From a virus (taxonomy: Duplodnaviria; Caudoviricetes), in the IMG/VR virus record IMGVR_UViG_3300032083_000237, positions 1 through 54,759 of that record: a DNA stretch of 54,759 bases, one strand, 5' to 3'. Each line of letters starts with the position of its first letter. Within the stretch, counting starts at the first letter, position 1. The notes below the pieces were generated by a model. It had not been told where the DNA came from, ran no database searches, and worked only from the letters and a program-made list of their open reading frames with translations. The position numbers and the translations under genes were made by a program. Below are positions 37,535 through 47,836 of this stretch, in pieces.

Positions 37535-38071
37535 TTAAGCCAGCAGATCACGATCTACTTCAGAGGCTGAACCTGATTGCGTAATATCATCCATGATAAT
37601 GCAAATTGCATACACACGAATAACACCACCAGTAATAGTACCACTAGATGCATCAATCTCTACATCAATAGTATCTGCTGCTGCAGTAAATACTGGTAGA
37701 TTATCAGCACTTCCTCCAGAAAGAACAGCAGTAGTATGATCACCAACAGATGCGCCATCATAGTCAAATGCTGCAGAGAAAATATCTACATCAGTTCCTG
37801 TGATACCCAAAAGCAATCCAGAGTCAGTAGTTGTACCCTCCATTGCAGTAATAACTTTGATACCTGCGTGAAGGATCATAGTATTAGTTGGAACAGCAAT
37901 AGCTTGAATAATATCATTTGCTGCTAGAGCAGTGCCACCATTCTGCAGTACTGCGTCTGCCATGTCAATATCGTTTTGCAATACAGTGATTGCACCACGA
38001 AGTTTCTTGTTGCCCGTTCCAGCATTATTGGATGTTGAATCGGAGTTTGTACTCATTGTGATTGTAGCCAT
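37535..38071 (-). CDS. Probable capsid decoration/cement protein
   Basis: Directly after the MCP, aggag RBS, beta-rich 178 aa. Confidence 0.65.
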   Translation of the reverse strand: MATITMSTNSDSTSNNAGTGNKKLRGAITVLQNDIDMADAVLQNGGTALAANDIIQAIAVPTNTMILHAGIKVITAMEGTTTDSGLLLGITGTDVDIFSAAFDYDGASVGDHTTAVLSGGSADNLPVFTAAADTIDVEIDASSGTITGGVIRVYAICIIMDDITQSGSASEVDRDLLA

Positions 38072-38085
38072 AACGTATTACTCCT

Positions 38086-39159
38086 TTATGCTGCGTTATA
38101 ACGGGCAGTAACGATTGCTTCAGGACGAAGAATCTTACGACCGTATAGATGCATACCACGAACAATGTCAGCAAAGCTGTCAGGATCACGATATGATTCT
38201 GTCTTATTGATTTGCTCTGCAGTTGCTACAGCAGAATCATGTCCCGCCATAATAACACCAAAGTTAGTCAGTTGGTTAGCTGTACCCGAAGTACCCGGCC
38301 CAGTACCTACCGCTGGTAGATTAGAGGAAGAGTATACACGGAAGCCGTGGAAGTTGTTAATGGTCAAACCATTACGCAATCCACCTGATTCACCAAAATC
38401 TGCATTCATGAAGCGTGAATCTTCATCAGCAAGAATTTCCATGAACACTGGATCGACCACCAACCAGCGACCTTGTGAGTCAACTTGTTGTTGATCAAGC
38501 AAACGCTTCATACGAGCAATAACCATTGCTGGGGAAGCAGTAGCAGTTGGCAACGAGGTTGCACCGGGCATACGTGCTGTCAGCGGGATAGAGTGGGTGC
38601 CAGCAGAGGAAGTAGTAATATTGCCAAAGTCACCTTTATGCAGTTGCATAGAGGAAAGCAATTCGTTAGAACCCGCAGTAGTTACAGCTTTAGTACCATT
38701 AACAGATGTATTAAGGGCATTAGCGTTAGCGTGTTGACTTGCCTGTGCGTAACCAGCCATGTAGCCAAGAACTTCTTGGTCATGGTTGTCAGCAAGACGA
38801 TATGCAGCACGATTAGTTGCAAGGTCCATGAAATTGACGTGGCTGTGAGCCTCTTCAATGTCATCCATTTTGAAAGCAAAGTAATTAGCTTTGTCAATGG
38901 TAAGTGAAAAATCTTCATCGTCCAAATCTTGTGCGGTAACATTCGTACCACGTGAATATGAACTTACAGAAATTTCTGGTTCTTTAATAATTTGGACGGT
39001 ATCACCTTGTGAGGCAATCTCTCCCATGTAGTCAGAGTTTGTGATATCACCACAAACAGTACTCTTGCGGAAAGCAAGCTGTACTTTTTTTGAATAGATT
39101 ACGGGGCTAAAATTACCATTTGGTAGATTTCCATATCCCGATGCTGATGCAAAAGCCAT
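38086..39159 (-). CDS. Major capsid protein
   Basis: NFSPVIYSKK, TN.DY.GEI...GDTV.I, ESYRDP.SFADIVRG.HLYG.KILRPE; follows scaffold; aggagg RBS. Confidence 0.92.
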   Translation of the reverse strand: MAFASASGYGNLPNGNFSPVIYSKKVQLAFRKSTVCGDITNSDYMGEIASQGDTVQIIKEPEISVSSYSRGTNVTAQDLDDEDFSLTIDKANYFAFKMDDIEEAHSHVNFMDLATNRAAYRLADNHDQEVLGYMAGYAQASQHANANALNTSVNGTKAVTTAGSNELLSSMQLHKGDFGNITTSSAGTHSIPLTARMPGATSLPTATASPAMVIARMKRLLDQQQVDSQGRWLVVDPVFMEILADEDSRFMNADFGESGGLRNGLTINNFHGFRVYSSSNLPAVGTGPGTSGTANQLTNFGVIMAGHDSAVATAEQINKTESYRDPDSFADIVRGMHLYGRKILRPEAIVTARYNAA

Positions 39160-39371
39160 AATAGATCCTCCTATAAAGTTTAGGCTTTGTTGAGCTAAAC
39201 ATTATCTGAAGAGGCTGATTGTTTTCTAGGGTGCATACTATGATCAACTGGCCGGTCAATCTAAGTACGGGCCTATACTTAATACAGGTAGTCTTAGTTA
39301 GTTTGTTTGAGCTTTAATGAGGGGATTAGTACAGAAGGTAGACCTAATGGTGGCTTCTGAATACTAATCCC
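39160..39371 (-). promoter_or_regulatory. Structured ~210-nt 5' leader of the major capsid gene
   Basis: Long hairpin gggattagta..cagaag/cttctg-tactaatccc right after the promoter, then CTACC-stem-GGCCC-stem-GCACCC elements. Confidence 0.5.
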
Positions 39372-39402
39372 TAGTTATACTAACAAATTTTTATTTGTCA
39401 AG
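39371..39402 (-). promoter_or_regulatory. Promoter CTTGAC-N16-GTATAACTAG upstream of MCP
   Basis: Minus strand cttgac aaataaaaatttgtta gtataactag. Confidence 0.75.
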
Positions 39403-39408
39403 TATATA

Positions 39409-40284
39409 TTATCGTGCATTACCAGATAAATCATAAATAAATTTACCTGTTTGTATTGCTTTAGTTATTGCTTCTTCTTGTTTCTCGTATTCTTGTGCAG
39501 ACATACGAGCAATATCAGACTCTTTAAATGAGCCAGATGTATCCTCTGCATCAACAGATGCTTTGGAAGCTTTCTTAACAGTACCAGCAGCAGCCTTACG
39601 CTTTGCTGCATAATCACTCTTTGTCATACCATTGTCTACTTTGTATAGATCAATAACACGAATTACTGAAGCTGCATCGTCTGAGTTTTCATAGAGAGCA
39701 TCTTGTACCCACTTAGGTTGATCATCAACCCAATCATGAAACTTATCTGCTTCACGTAGTTTATCAAAGTCAGGGTGAGCAGAACGTATATCTTGTTCTG
39801 CAGTTGATCGTGACATTTCAGCTTCTTTAGCATCTAGTTTTTGCAGACGATCTTCTGCTTTGCTAAACATTTCTTGAGCTTTCTTAGCAGCAATGGTTTC
39901 TACAATGCTTGCTACATCAGGGTACTCTGCAGCCCATGTCTCAATGTCTTCATCTGACTTAGGAGGCCGAATGTTTTCCTGACCTAGACGAGCTTCTAGT
40001 GCAGCAAACTTTTCTTCCCACTCTTTTTCTTTCTGTTGCATGTGACGCCGTACATCACCGTAACGTTTTTTAAAAGACTTCTCTTCACGACTAAGGTTCT
40101 TGTCCTCAACCTCTGGTTCTTCTTCAGTAGCCTCTACTGCTACTTCTTCTTCCTCTTGGGTCTTACCCTCAAGTTCTTGGATTTCCTTCTCGTCTTCTTC
40201 AATTCGTTTACGATTACGATTATTATGGTTAGGGTTTACGAACCCTGCAGTCTTTGGTGTTTCCATAGTTTGTAGTTCAGGCAT
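39409..40284 (-). CDS. Capsid scaffolding protein
   Basis: Acidic helical protein, FKKRYGD.RRH, HPDF, C-terminal M...EYEK....I..A...G; immediately upstream of MCP. Confidence 0.85.
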   Translation of the reverse strand: MPELQTMETPKTAGFVNPNHNNRNRKRIEEDEKEIQELEGKTQEEEEVAVEATEEEPEVEDKNLSREEKSFKKRYGDVRRHMQQKEKEWEEKFAALEARLGQENIRPPKSDEDIETWAAEYPDVASIVETIAAKKAQEMFSKAEDRLQKLDAKEAEMSRSTAEQDIRSAHPDFDKLREADKFHDWVDDQPKWVQDALYENSDDAASVIRVIDLYKVDNGMTKSDYAAKRKAAAGTVKKASKASVDAEDTSGSFKESDIARMSAQEYEKQEEAITKAIQTGKFIYDLSGNAR

Positions 40285-40324
40285 ATTGTTTCCTTATGTT
40301 GGGGCCAGCAGTAGCTGGGTAGCC

Positions 40325-40570
40325 TTATCGTTGTGGTCTTGCACCTAAGCCTTGTGGCATAGGCATTTTGTTTTTTACATTATCAGCCTGTGCAAATTGA
40401 TCTACTTGAACACCCCCTATTCCAGCAACATCAGGACCAACTATTCTGGCAACTAAAGTTCCTTCCGGTGTTTGTCTAAATTGCATAAGCATTGATTTTT
40501 CTTCTTCAGAAAGGTTTATTACACGGTTTTTTACATCTTTAAGATATTGACTGTGAGCATCTTTTTCCAT
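40325..40570 (-). CDS. Hypothetical protein
   Basis: In-line ORF; ends GLGAR like other late proteins. Confidence 0.65.
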   Translation of the reverse strand: MEKDAHSQYLKDVKNRVINLSEEEKSMLMQFRQTPEGTLVARIVGPDVAGIGGVQVDQFAQADNVKNKMPMPQGLGARPQR

Positions 40571-40573
40571 AGT

Positions 40574-43500
40574 CTACGCTTTCTTTAACCAATTTGTTTC
40601 TAACTCTAGCACCATACTCTTATAAGTTTCATGGGCTTTATCTAGCATGTTATTATCAATATGCTTAATAGCAGAGTCAATTTGTTTACCTACCCAATCC
40701 CATGTAGGATTATCTTTTGGTATAGCTGCAACAATCTTAGGTGCAACTTGGTAGTACTTCTTCACTTCTTCTGGATAATTCACTAAATAGGTGTCTCTGA
40801 AGTTACGCAGCTTTGTTAAAGTAGGTCCATCATCAGCTTCACCTCTATGCTCTACTATAGCAGTGGTTAAGAAACATCCTTTTGATCCTGCTTGTGCGCC
40901 AGAAGAACCCTCTTTACCACTAGCAGCTTCCCACTCAGCAAGCTTCTGTCTATTAGCTGCACTATCATGACTTCTTAACTGTCTTACTTCTTCCCAGTTT
41001 AAATCTGTTGGATCAAGACCTGAAAGATCATTACCTTCACTATCTCTTGCTGGACGACCTTGGCTAGGAACACCTAGCATTTTTTCTAGTCTGCCTGATT
41101 GTATTGGAGTTTTTTGTGCTGTAAGAACTGCTTGTTGTGCTGCTGTTATTTGTTCTTGTTTTCTATCTTTTTCTATTTCACTAGACTTCTGTACAAGTTC
41201 TTTAGTTTGTTTCATTTTTGCCTGTAAAGCTTCTTGGGCTGCGGCCACCTCTATTTCTGTTGAGTTAGCATTATCAACAATAGACATAAAGTTTTTAAGG
41301 TCTTCTTTTTTAACACCTAAAACTTCTGAAGCATAGTTGTACCCAGTACCAACAATATTTTTAAGTAACCCTGATTTATTAGAATAACCTTTTCCAGCTT
41401 GCTCTACATACTGACCTATTGCTTTATTAATTTTACCGCCAACTTCATTATGACCTTTTGCATACGCAATTATTTCAGAAGCTCTTAAACCTGCTAAGTC
41501 TTTTGTTGCGTCTACATTTTGATATATTCTTGTTGCAGCACCTGCAAGTAATGAAACAGGGTTTACTCCCCCTACTAAAAGAGCTGCACCTGCTAATTGG
41601 TTTTGAGATTTTTTATCTAAACCAAAAGGTTTAAACGGGGTGTTTAATCCACTTTTAGTACTATCTCCGGGAGTACCAAGGGCAAACTCTTGTACTGCAG
41701 TAGCATCATTCCAATCTACACTTTTTCCAAAGTCTTTTCCAAATTTAATTCCGCCTGTATTAACTGTTTGATTTACAACATCTGGACCCTCACTCTTAGG
41801 TACACACCTACCTTGGTTTCTGTCGTATCTAAATCCTGTAGGGCATACAGGATCTGCAACTCTAGCGGCTGCTACTACAGGTGCTGCTTGAGGATCGGGG
41901 CCATACGGACCTGTTGTTGGTTTATAACCACCTACATCAGGGTCATAAAATTGATTAGCTACAGTTGTATCTATAGCTTTTTCTTGTGGTCCAAATATAC
42001 TTCCGCCTAAGTAATCAAAATTACCACCACCGCTATAGTAACCTACAACACCACCTTCATTAGCCATCATAGGTTGTTCTTGTTGCATTGCTTGTTCAAT
42101 AATACTATTTAAGTCATCATCACTAAGCTCTGCTTGTTGTGGCTCCATAGGCTCACCGCCTATTCTACCATCAGCATCCATCTGTTGCAAGCCCATTTTT
42201 GCTTGAGTACGTAAATCCTCAAAGAATTTCACACCGTAGTAACGAACAACATCCGCAGGTACAACGTATTCACCTTCAGATAGACGTGCAGGTATATCAT
42301 CACGTACTTCTTCAGGTAGAGAACCGGGAGGTACATTATTACCTGACACTGGGTCTACTGTCTCTGCTTGCCCAAAGTTCATTTCCATTTGGTCTTTCAT
42401 TGCTACCCCTCCTTGGGCAAATCCTTTTTGAGTTGGTCCCCAATCACTAAACCCTTTTAATTCTGGTTCTACACCTTCTGCATATTTAGCAAAATTTACA
42501 GCACCTTGGGCGTATCTGCTAATTTCTTCATCAGTCATGGGTTTTAACTTGTATATAGCCCTATTTTTTGCTTGTTGAATTGGTTTATTGGGAGTATTTT
42601 CATATGCTTCTTCTGAAGTTTCAATTTTTTTTTGTTTATCAATTTCAGGAACTATTGGTGGAAGAGATTGATAGGGATGAGGAATGGCTCTGTAACCTAC
42701 CGCTCTAGCTTCTATTTCTGAAGCTGCTTGAATATAAGTTCTAAAAGACTCTTGCTCTAAGTCTCTCATTAGTTTAGCTATTTTTTTTGCTGATTCAGGG
42801 TTGTTGTAAAATTCTTTAATTTCTACAGGTTCAGGTAACATTTTATTATCTGAATCTATAATTTTTAGTTTAGAACTAAAATCCCACGAATTAGTTTTTT
42901 TACCTTCTTGATATAATTCTAAAATTTTGTCTTTAATATTAATAAGTTTTGTATTTTGTCCTAATTTCTTTAAGTACAAATCCCCTTTATATGCTTTTTC
43001 AGGTTTAGCAACCGTTTTCATGTAACCCGTAGGGCTACCCGCTATTTGTTCTAATCCTTTTATTTTTTTATCTTGCCATTGAATTGCATGTTGCAACTCA
43101 TGAAAAAAACTCTTTCTAAAGTCACGACCATCCTTCAAAGACATATTACTTACATCTGTGTCTTTTCTACTTCCAGAAATTACAATAGAACCTCTTGGTC
43201 CTTTACTAGGATCAAAATATGCGCCACCGTCTTCAGAAGCATCAAAATAAAATTGTACGTTTTTTGCTTCTGGATACTGTGCAAACAATTTAGGGTGATC
43301 TATAATATCACCAACATTAACAGGCTGGCTTGGAGAAGTCTCTTTTAAGGTTATGTTTCCATCATTAGACTTAATTAAAACATCTGAGTCATCTATTTCA
43401 AACTTAAAGTAAGGCTTTGGTTTACCCCTTACCATAAGAGGCTCTGATAAATAATCGGCTTCTGCAGACCCTACTGTAAATCTTCCTGTAATTTCTTCAA

Positions 43501-44110
43501 TCTCTTCTGGGCTAAAACCTCGTTCTTCTAGTTCTACTGCCTTTCGTAGATCATCACCATAAAAATCTTTTGCACCTTTACCTGCAATAATTTGATTTAC
43601 AACTTCAGGGTCTACACCCCTCCTTAGAGCCGCTTTTGCTGCATCCCCTATAAAAGGAATTATACCAGCAGCAGTACCTGCGCCTGAAAGTGCAGCATCT
43701 TTGTACCTGCCCTCTTTAATAAGATTAGCTGTTTCTTCAATACCTAAATACTCTCCTGCGATAGGAGTAGCTTCTGCTAACATAGCTACAGTCTGAGCTT
43801 GATATGGAGTAGCACCTAGTTTATCTATGGCTAAGTCATATATATAATTTTTAGTAGGCGTAATGCCTTCATCATCTTTTCGTCCAGCCAAAGCACGATC
43901 ATCAGCTTGTTCATTAAAACCTAGTAAGTCTCTACCAAATTGATATGCAGCAGTTGCGCCTCCAAGAAGACCTGATCCTCTACTCATAGGGCCAGTTAGT
44001 AGGCCCATAGCACCTGTATCATCCATATACTCTTGAACTGTTGGTTTAGTCTCTTTTGCTCTAGGGGGAAGACCTAATGCTTCCTCTGTTTCACGTTCAA
44101 GATTAGCCAT
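40574..44110 (-). CDS. Large multidomain (polyvalent-type) protein: LPD23-like + zincin HExxH + LSEGEYV domain + C-terminal CFI-box-like domain
   Basis: FEIDDS...IIDHPKLFAQYP, FFHELQHAIQ...EIEAR, FAQGG...DDIPARLSEGEYVVPADVV, GCFLTTA...LRNFRDTYL...YYQVAPKIV; ORF-track start 44116, ATG 44110 has the better RBS. Confidence 0.8.
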   Translation of the reverse strand: MANLERETEEALGLPPRAKETKPTVQEYMDDTGAMGLLTGPMSRGSGLLGGATAAYQFGRDLLGFNEQADDRALAGRKDDEGITPTKNYIYDLAIDKLGATPYQAQTVAMLAEATPIAGEYLGIEETANLIKEGRYKDAALSGAGTAAGIIPFIGDAAKAALRRGVDPEVVNQIIAGKGAKDFYGDDLRKAVELEERGFSPEEIEEITGRFTVGSAEADYLSEPLMVRGKPKPYFKFEIDDSDVLIKSNDGNITLKETSPSQPVNVGDIIDHPKLFAQYPEAKNVQFYFDASEDGGAYFDPSKGPRGSIVISGSRKDTDVSNMSLKDGRDFRKSFFHELQHAIQWQDKKIKGLEQIAGSPTGYMKTVAKPEKAYKGDLYLKKLGQNTKLINIKDKILELYQEGKKTNSWDFSSKLKIIDSDNKMLPEPVEIKEFYNNPESAKKIAKLMRDLEQESFRTYIQAASEIEARAVGYRAIPHPYQSLPPIVPEIDKQKKIETSEEAYENTPNKPIQQAKNRAIYKLKPMTDEEISRYAQGAVNFAKYAEGVEPELKGFSDWGPTQKGFAQGGVAMKDQMEMNFGQAETVDPVSGNNVPPGSLPEEVRDDIPARLSEGEYVVPADVVRYYGVKFFEDLRTQAKMGLQQMDADGRIGGEPMEPQQAELSDDDLNSIIEQAMQQEQPMMANEGGVVGYYSGGGNFDYLGGSIFGPQEKAIDTTVANQFYDPDVGGYKPTTGPYGPDPQAAPVVAAARVADPVCPTGFRYDRNQGRCVPKSEGPDVVNQTVNTGGIKFGKDFGKSVDWNDATAVQEFALGTPGDSTKSGLNTPFKPFGLDKKSQNQLAGAALLVGGVNPVSLLAGAATRIYQNVDATKDLAGLRASEIIAYAKGHNEVGGKINKAIGQYVEQAGKGYSNKSGLLKNIVGTGYNYASEVLGVKKEDLKNFMSIVDNANSTEIEVAAAQEALQAKMKQTKELVQKSSEIEKDRKQEQITAAQQAVLTAQKTPIQSGRLEKMLGVPSQGRPARDSEGNDLSGLDPTDLNWEEVRQLRSHDSAANRQKLAEWEAASGKEGSSGAQAGSKGCFLTTAIVEHRGEADDGPTLTKLRNFRDTYLVNYPEEVKKYYQVAPKIVAAIPKDNPTWDWVGKQIDSAIKHIDNNMLDKAHETYKSMVLELETNWLKKA

Positions 44111-44297
44111 TAGCATTAACCTTTAGCCTAAGCTGTTTTAAAGCTTGCAGTGCATGTATCTGTCCCTGTAACCTGTACATTACATGAGATTCATCCGACT
44201 GAGAAAACATTTTGTAACTGGCCTGAATGCGTTCATCTAGTTCAGCTTCAAATGCTTTCCATGCTTCTGGGTTATTTACTAGTAGTTTTAAGCTCAC
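44103..44297 (-). CDS. Conserved small protein downstream of portal
   Basis: YRLQGQI.AL..L..LR motif; ATGA overlap with portal stop. Confidence 0.75.
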   Translation of the reverse strand: MSLKLLVNNPEAWKAFEAELDERIQASYKMFSQSDESHVMYRLQGQIHALQALKQLRLKVNANG

Positions 44298-46402
44298 TGC
44301 ATTGGTCCTCCACCAGTGTTAGCTGAGAAGCCTTGTTCTCCCGGCTGAGGTGCTGTGCCTGTACCTATAGTACCCCCTCCGCTACCTTGAGTGTCCTGTA
44401 CCTGTGCCCCTGCTGGTGGCTTCTGTGGGCCTCCTTGTGGTGGACCTGCTTGTGGTTGAGGTGGTGGTGGATTCTCTTCACGAAACTTCTTAAGTATCTC
44501 TGCTTGTACTGCAGCATCACCCATTGAGTTCACCAATTTGTCAGGGTCAAGATCCATAGACTTAGCAATCTCACGCACAATGTAATCCATTTTAGCAAAA
44601 GGGGCTAGTACAGGGTTCTGTACTACACCAAGGAATTGCATCAGGCGTTGACTACGTACCTCATTAGCCATTAGGCTTTCAGTACCACGAGCTTTGACTT
44701 CAAGATCGCCTTTGATTTCTTCGTCATAATCAAACTGCATGTTGAAGTTGAAGAATGCTTTAGCTAGTGGTGCTAGTAGATAATCGTCTACATTCTTAAC
44801 TACATTCCGTATAGAACCATTAGCAGCAGACATGAGCATACTAATGCCAGAAGCTGTACGTCCGACACCTTGAACTCCTGTCTGACCATGAGCAAAGCTA
44901 GGAAAGCCTGTACTCTCGTCTGCTAATACACGTGCCTTATCAAACATCTGCATGTTCTCATTGGATACATTAGGGAACTTGGTGCCAAAGATAGCTTGTC
45001 CCGGCGCACCGCCTTGGCGACGAAAGACTTTACCGGGATATACTGAAAGGTCTTGGCCGGGAACTAGGTTAGTCTCGTCCACCTCAATCAACATATTACC
45101 AGATAGTGCAGCATTATCAACAGCCATACGCATAAAGCCATTCATAAGTGTTTGTGTATCATCCATATTCTCAGCAATACCTACACCAAACAAACTGTAT
45201 GGGCTTACTTCATATGGTACTGCATAGTAAGGAATCATAGAAGGAGTGAATGGATTCATAACCAAACGCAATACCTTACCATTACATACCCAGATGTTTA
45301 CATTAACTTGATCCATATCTGCTAATTCTGCAGGGATATCTATGTCATGTCCTTCAAGAACTTCTGTGTCTACACTGCCCCAGAACTCAAGAACTTCAAA
45401 ACGTTCAGCTTTGGATTCCTGAGCATCATCTTCCATAGCTTGTTCCCACCATTCTTTAGTGTAGGACTCACCATCAGATACAGCAAGATCAATAGCATTA
45501 CTTCTAAAGAAAGGACGTTTTTTAAGATTACGCAGTTGAGTACGTGACATTTTATGACGTTCTACTACATACTCAGCCTCATCCATGTTGGCTGCATCAG
45601 GATCAGGATAGAAGTTCCAAAGAGATACACTAGAGGTTTGAGGGATAGTTTTAATAGTAGGGGTATACTCTCCCTCATCATTCCAATTAGCATACTCTTT
45701 GTCTATAGCAAACGGACCTTTCATTACGCCTGTACCAAACAGGGCGCATTCAAAGGCAGCTACACGTAACTGTTTGTTTGCATTAGACTCATCAAGTTGA
45801 TCATGAATTTTCTTTTCCATCTTTTTAGCTGCTACCATAGCAGGATGAAATGTAATCTGTGTAGGTGTACTACCTACACCTTCTTTAAGTTGATCTTCTA
45901 CAGGAGCTAGGCTATTTTTTAAACCAGCTAACCGTTCTTTAAGATCAGTCATAGTCTCGCCGGGAAGTAGCTTAGTATCCTCTAGGCTTGGACCCTGTGC
46001 TTTCTTTATCTCATCATTAGATTCAAAGTGTACAGACTCAGCCACTCCTTCAGGTAAGGTAGTGGGGTCTACAGTAACTGGGAATCTGTTGTTGCCAAAA
46101 AGTACTTCAATGATTTGACCATAAGCTGCAAGTACTTTAGTCTTAGTTACTTTAACAAATACTTGAGATTTTTCTGTGGAAGTAAACTGTACATCAGGTC
46201 CATAGATACCACGATAATTACGGTATGCTTGTACCCAACGGTTTTCTTCTGTCTCTCTTGCATCAGAAGCTTTCTTGTATTGTTTTTGTACAAGACCTAC
46301 AATAGTACCTGCAAGAGGATCACTGTATGTATCTTCTTTCATGTCCTCTAAAGAGCTTGCCTCTTCAGTATCCATTCCCATGCTTTCTTCAAATTCGTCC
46401 AT
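44294..46402 (-). CDS. Portal protein
   Basis: 702 aa after TerL; W...YRNYRG.Y, LFGTGVMKGP, W.FYPDP.A, G.G+.E...D.Q...N...R...DN, RTASG.SML. Confidence 0.9.
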   Translation of the reverse strand: MDEFEESMGMDTEEASSLEDMKEDTYSDPLAGTIVGLVQKQYKKASDARETEENRWVQAYRNYRGIYGPDVQFTSTEKSQVFVKVTKTKVLAAYGQIIEVLFGNNRFPVTVDPTTLPEGVAESVHFESNDEIKKAQGPSLEDTKLLPGETMTDLKERLAGLKNSLAPVEDQLKEGVGSTPTQITFHPAMVAAKKMEKKIHDQLDESNANKQLRVAAFECALFGTGVMKGPFAIDKEYANWNDEGEYTPTIKTIPQTSSVSLWNFYPDPDAANMDEAEYVVERHKMSRTQLRNLKKRPFFRSNAIDLAVSDGESYTKEWWEQAMEDDAQESKAERFEVLEFWGSVDTEVLEGHDIDIPAELADMDQVNVNIWVCNGKVLRLVMNPFTPSMIPYYAVPYEVSPYSLFGVGIAENMDDTQTLMNGFMRMAVDNAALSGNMLIEVDETNLVPGQDLSVYPGKVFRRQGGAPGQAIFGTKFPNVSNENMQMFDKARVLADESTGFPSFAHGQTGVQGVGRTASGISMLMSAANGSIRNVVKNVDDYLLAPLAKAFFNFNMQFDYDEEIKGDLEVKARGTESLMANEVRSQRLMQFLGVVQNPVLAPFAKMDYIVREIAKSMDLDPDKLVNSMGDAAVQAEILKKFREENPPPPQPQAGPPQGGPQKPPAGAQVQDTQGSGGGTIGTGTAPQPGEQGFSANTGGGPMQ

Positions 46403-46411
46403 AGTATTTCC

Positions 46412-47836
46412 TTAATAACCAAACGTTGGGTCGCTTGCTTGAAAACCTGATCGTTGTGTTGCAGGGTCAAAATCAAACAAACTGCTTCGTGGTCTTGTCA
46501 TAACCCCATACCTAATTGCATCATACAGGTGGTCTTCTGAGTGTGTGTCTACGTCTTCAGGGTTATTCTTATCCAGAGGTAGTGCTGGTATTTGTGATAT
46601 AGTATTAGTACAAGTATTAAAGAATACTAGCCGTGGTTCTTCAGTAAACTCGTCTACTTGTAACCGTCTATGTATTTCGTTTTTACCTGCTACCCTTGAA
46701 CCTCTGGACCTGTCAGCAGGTCTCCACCTACAGCCCTTCATAATCATTTGTTCAGCTAGACTTGGGCCAGTGTCTCCACGTTTATGCCAGAGAGATGAGT
46801 CAAGTACTCCGTAGCGTATCTTCTCTCCATTCTCTGCTTCTAGTATCATATCAGCTAGGTCAGTAGCTATAACCTTTGAGCAATACATTTCCCGATAAAC
46901 TATCAGTTGTTCATCAGGAGCTACAGCAAACCAAACAACCCCTGAGTAAGAACCGTATCCGTAGTCACATGCTCTAAACCTTGCCCAGCCACTGGGTATT
47001 TCAAAAGGTTCTATTACGTGTATCTGTCTATTCCACTCAGGAAAAGCAGCACCTTCATTTACATCCCAGTTACCTTCAAGTAGTTGCTTACGTTGATGCT
47101 CTGGTAGTGATAATAAGTTAGCTTCATACAGACCATCATCAGCTAAGTACGGGTTATCAAATAAAGTAGCAGGAATAAACCTGCGTTTAAACAGTGGTTG
47201 ACCCTCTTTTGAGTGACCTTTAGGCCAAGCAATAACCTCTCCTGTTTCCATATCAGTAGCATCAAAGCTAGTATTATGTGGAGCTGGGTCTACAAAAGTT
47301 TTCTTAACCCATTGATGCCCACTTCCGCCGGGGTTAGTAGTTCCCCTTTGATATAAACCTAGACCACTATTCTTAGTAGTACGTAGGCGTGACCTCATAT
47401 AGTTCCAAGGATAAGGGCTAGGCCATTGTGTAAGTTCATCAAAACCAATCCAGTTAAAAGCTTGTCCTTGGTATCTTTGTACATCATCATCCCTATCTAG
47501 ATATGAAAGCCAAAGAGTAGCACCGCTTGGAGCTACCCACGTCTTATCACGTTCCATAAACTTAATCCCGGGGATTGCTCTTGGGTAGAGCTGTTTGGAG
47601 ACTGAGATAAGTTCTCTGAGTTCTTCTGTGCTTCTCCGTACCAACAGCATAGAAGATAGTGGATTATTAAAATACCTAACAGGATCGGCCAGCATAGCAA
47701 AAGACTTACCACCACCAGCCGCCCCACCATATAGTACCTCTTGTTCTGCTGCTGAAAGAAAATCTGTCTGAGGGCCGGGATTAGGCTCAAAGATAACGTC
47801 TTGAGCTTTTTCTACATCAATCGGCTCTGGCTTCAC
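46412..47836 (-). CDS. terL: Terminase large subunit
   Basis: GPQ..FL, YGGAAGGGKS (Walker A), GFDELTQ (Walker B), TNPGG, DYG, EDH.YDA.RY; start uncertain (GTG 47836 chosen; the open frame extends to 47968). Confidence 0.92.
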   Translation of the reverse strand: MKPEPIDVEKAQDVIFEPNPGPQTDFLSAAEQEVLYGGAAGGGKSFAMLADPVRYFNNPLSSMLLVRRSTEELRELISVSKQLYPRAIPGIKFMERDKTWVAPSGATLWLSYLDRDDDVQRYQGQAFNWIGFDELTQWPSPYPWNYMRSRLRTTKNSGLGLYQRGTTNPGGSGHQWVKKTFVDPAPHNTSFDATDMETGEVIAWPKGHSKEGQPLFKRRFIPATLFDNPYLADDGLYEANLLSLPEHQRKQLLEGNWDVNEGAAFPEWNRQIHVIEPFEIPSGWARFRACDYGYGSYSGVVWFAVAPDEQLIVYREMYCSKVIATDLADMILEAENGEKIRYGVLDSSLWHKRGDTGPSLAEQMIMKGCRWRPADRSRGSRVAGKNEIHRRLQVDEFTEEPRLVFFNTCTNTISQIPALPLDKNNPEDVDTHSEDHLYDAIRYGVMTRPRSSLFDFDPATQRSGFQASDPTFGY

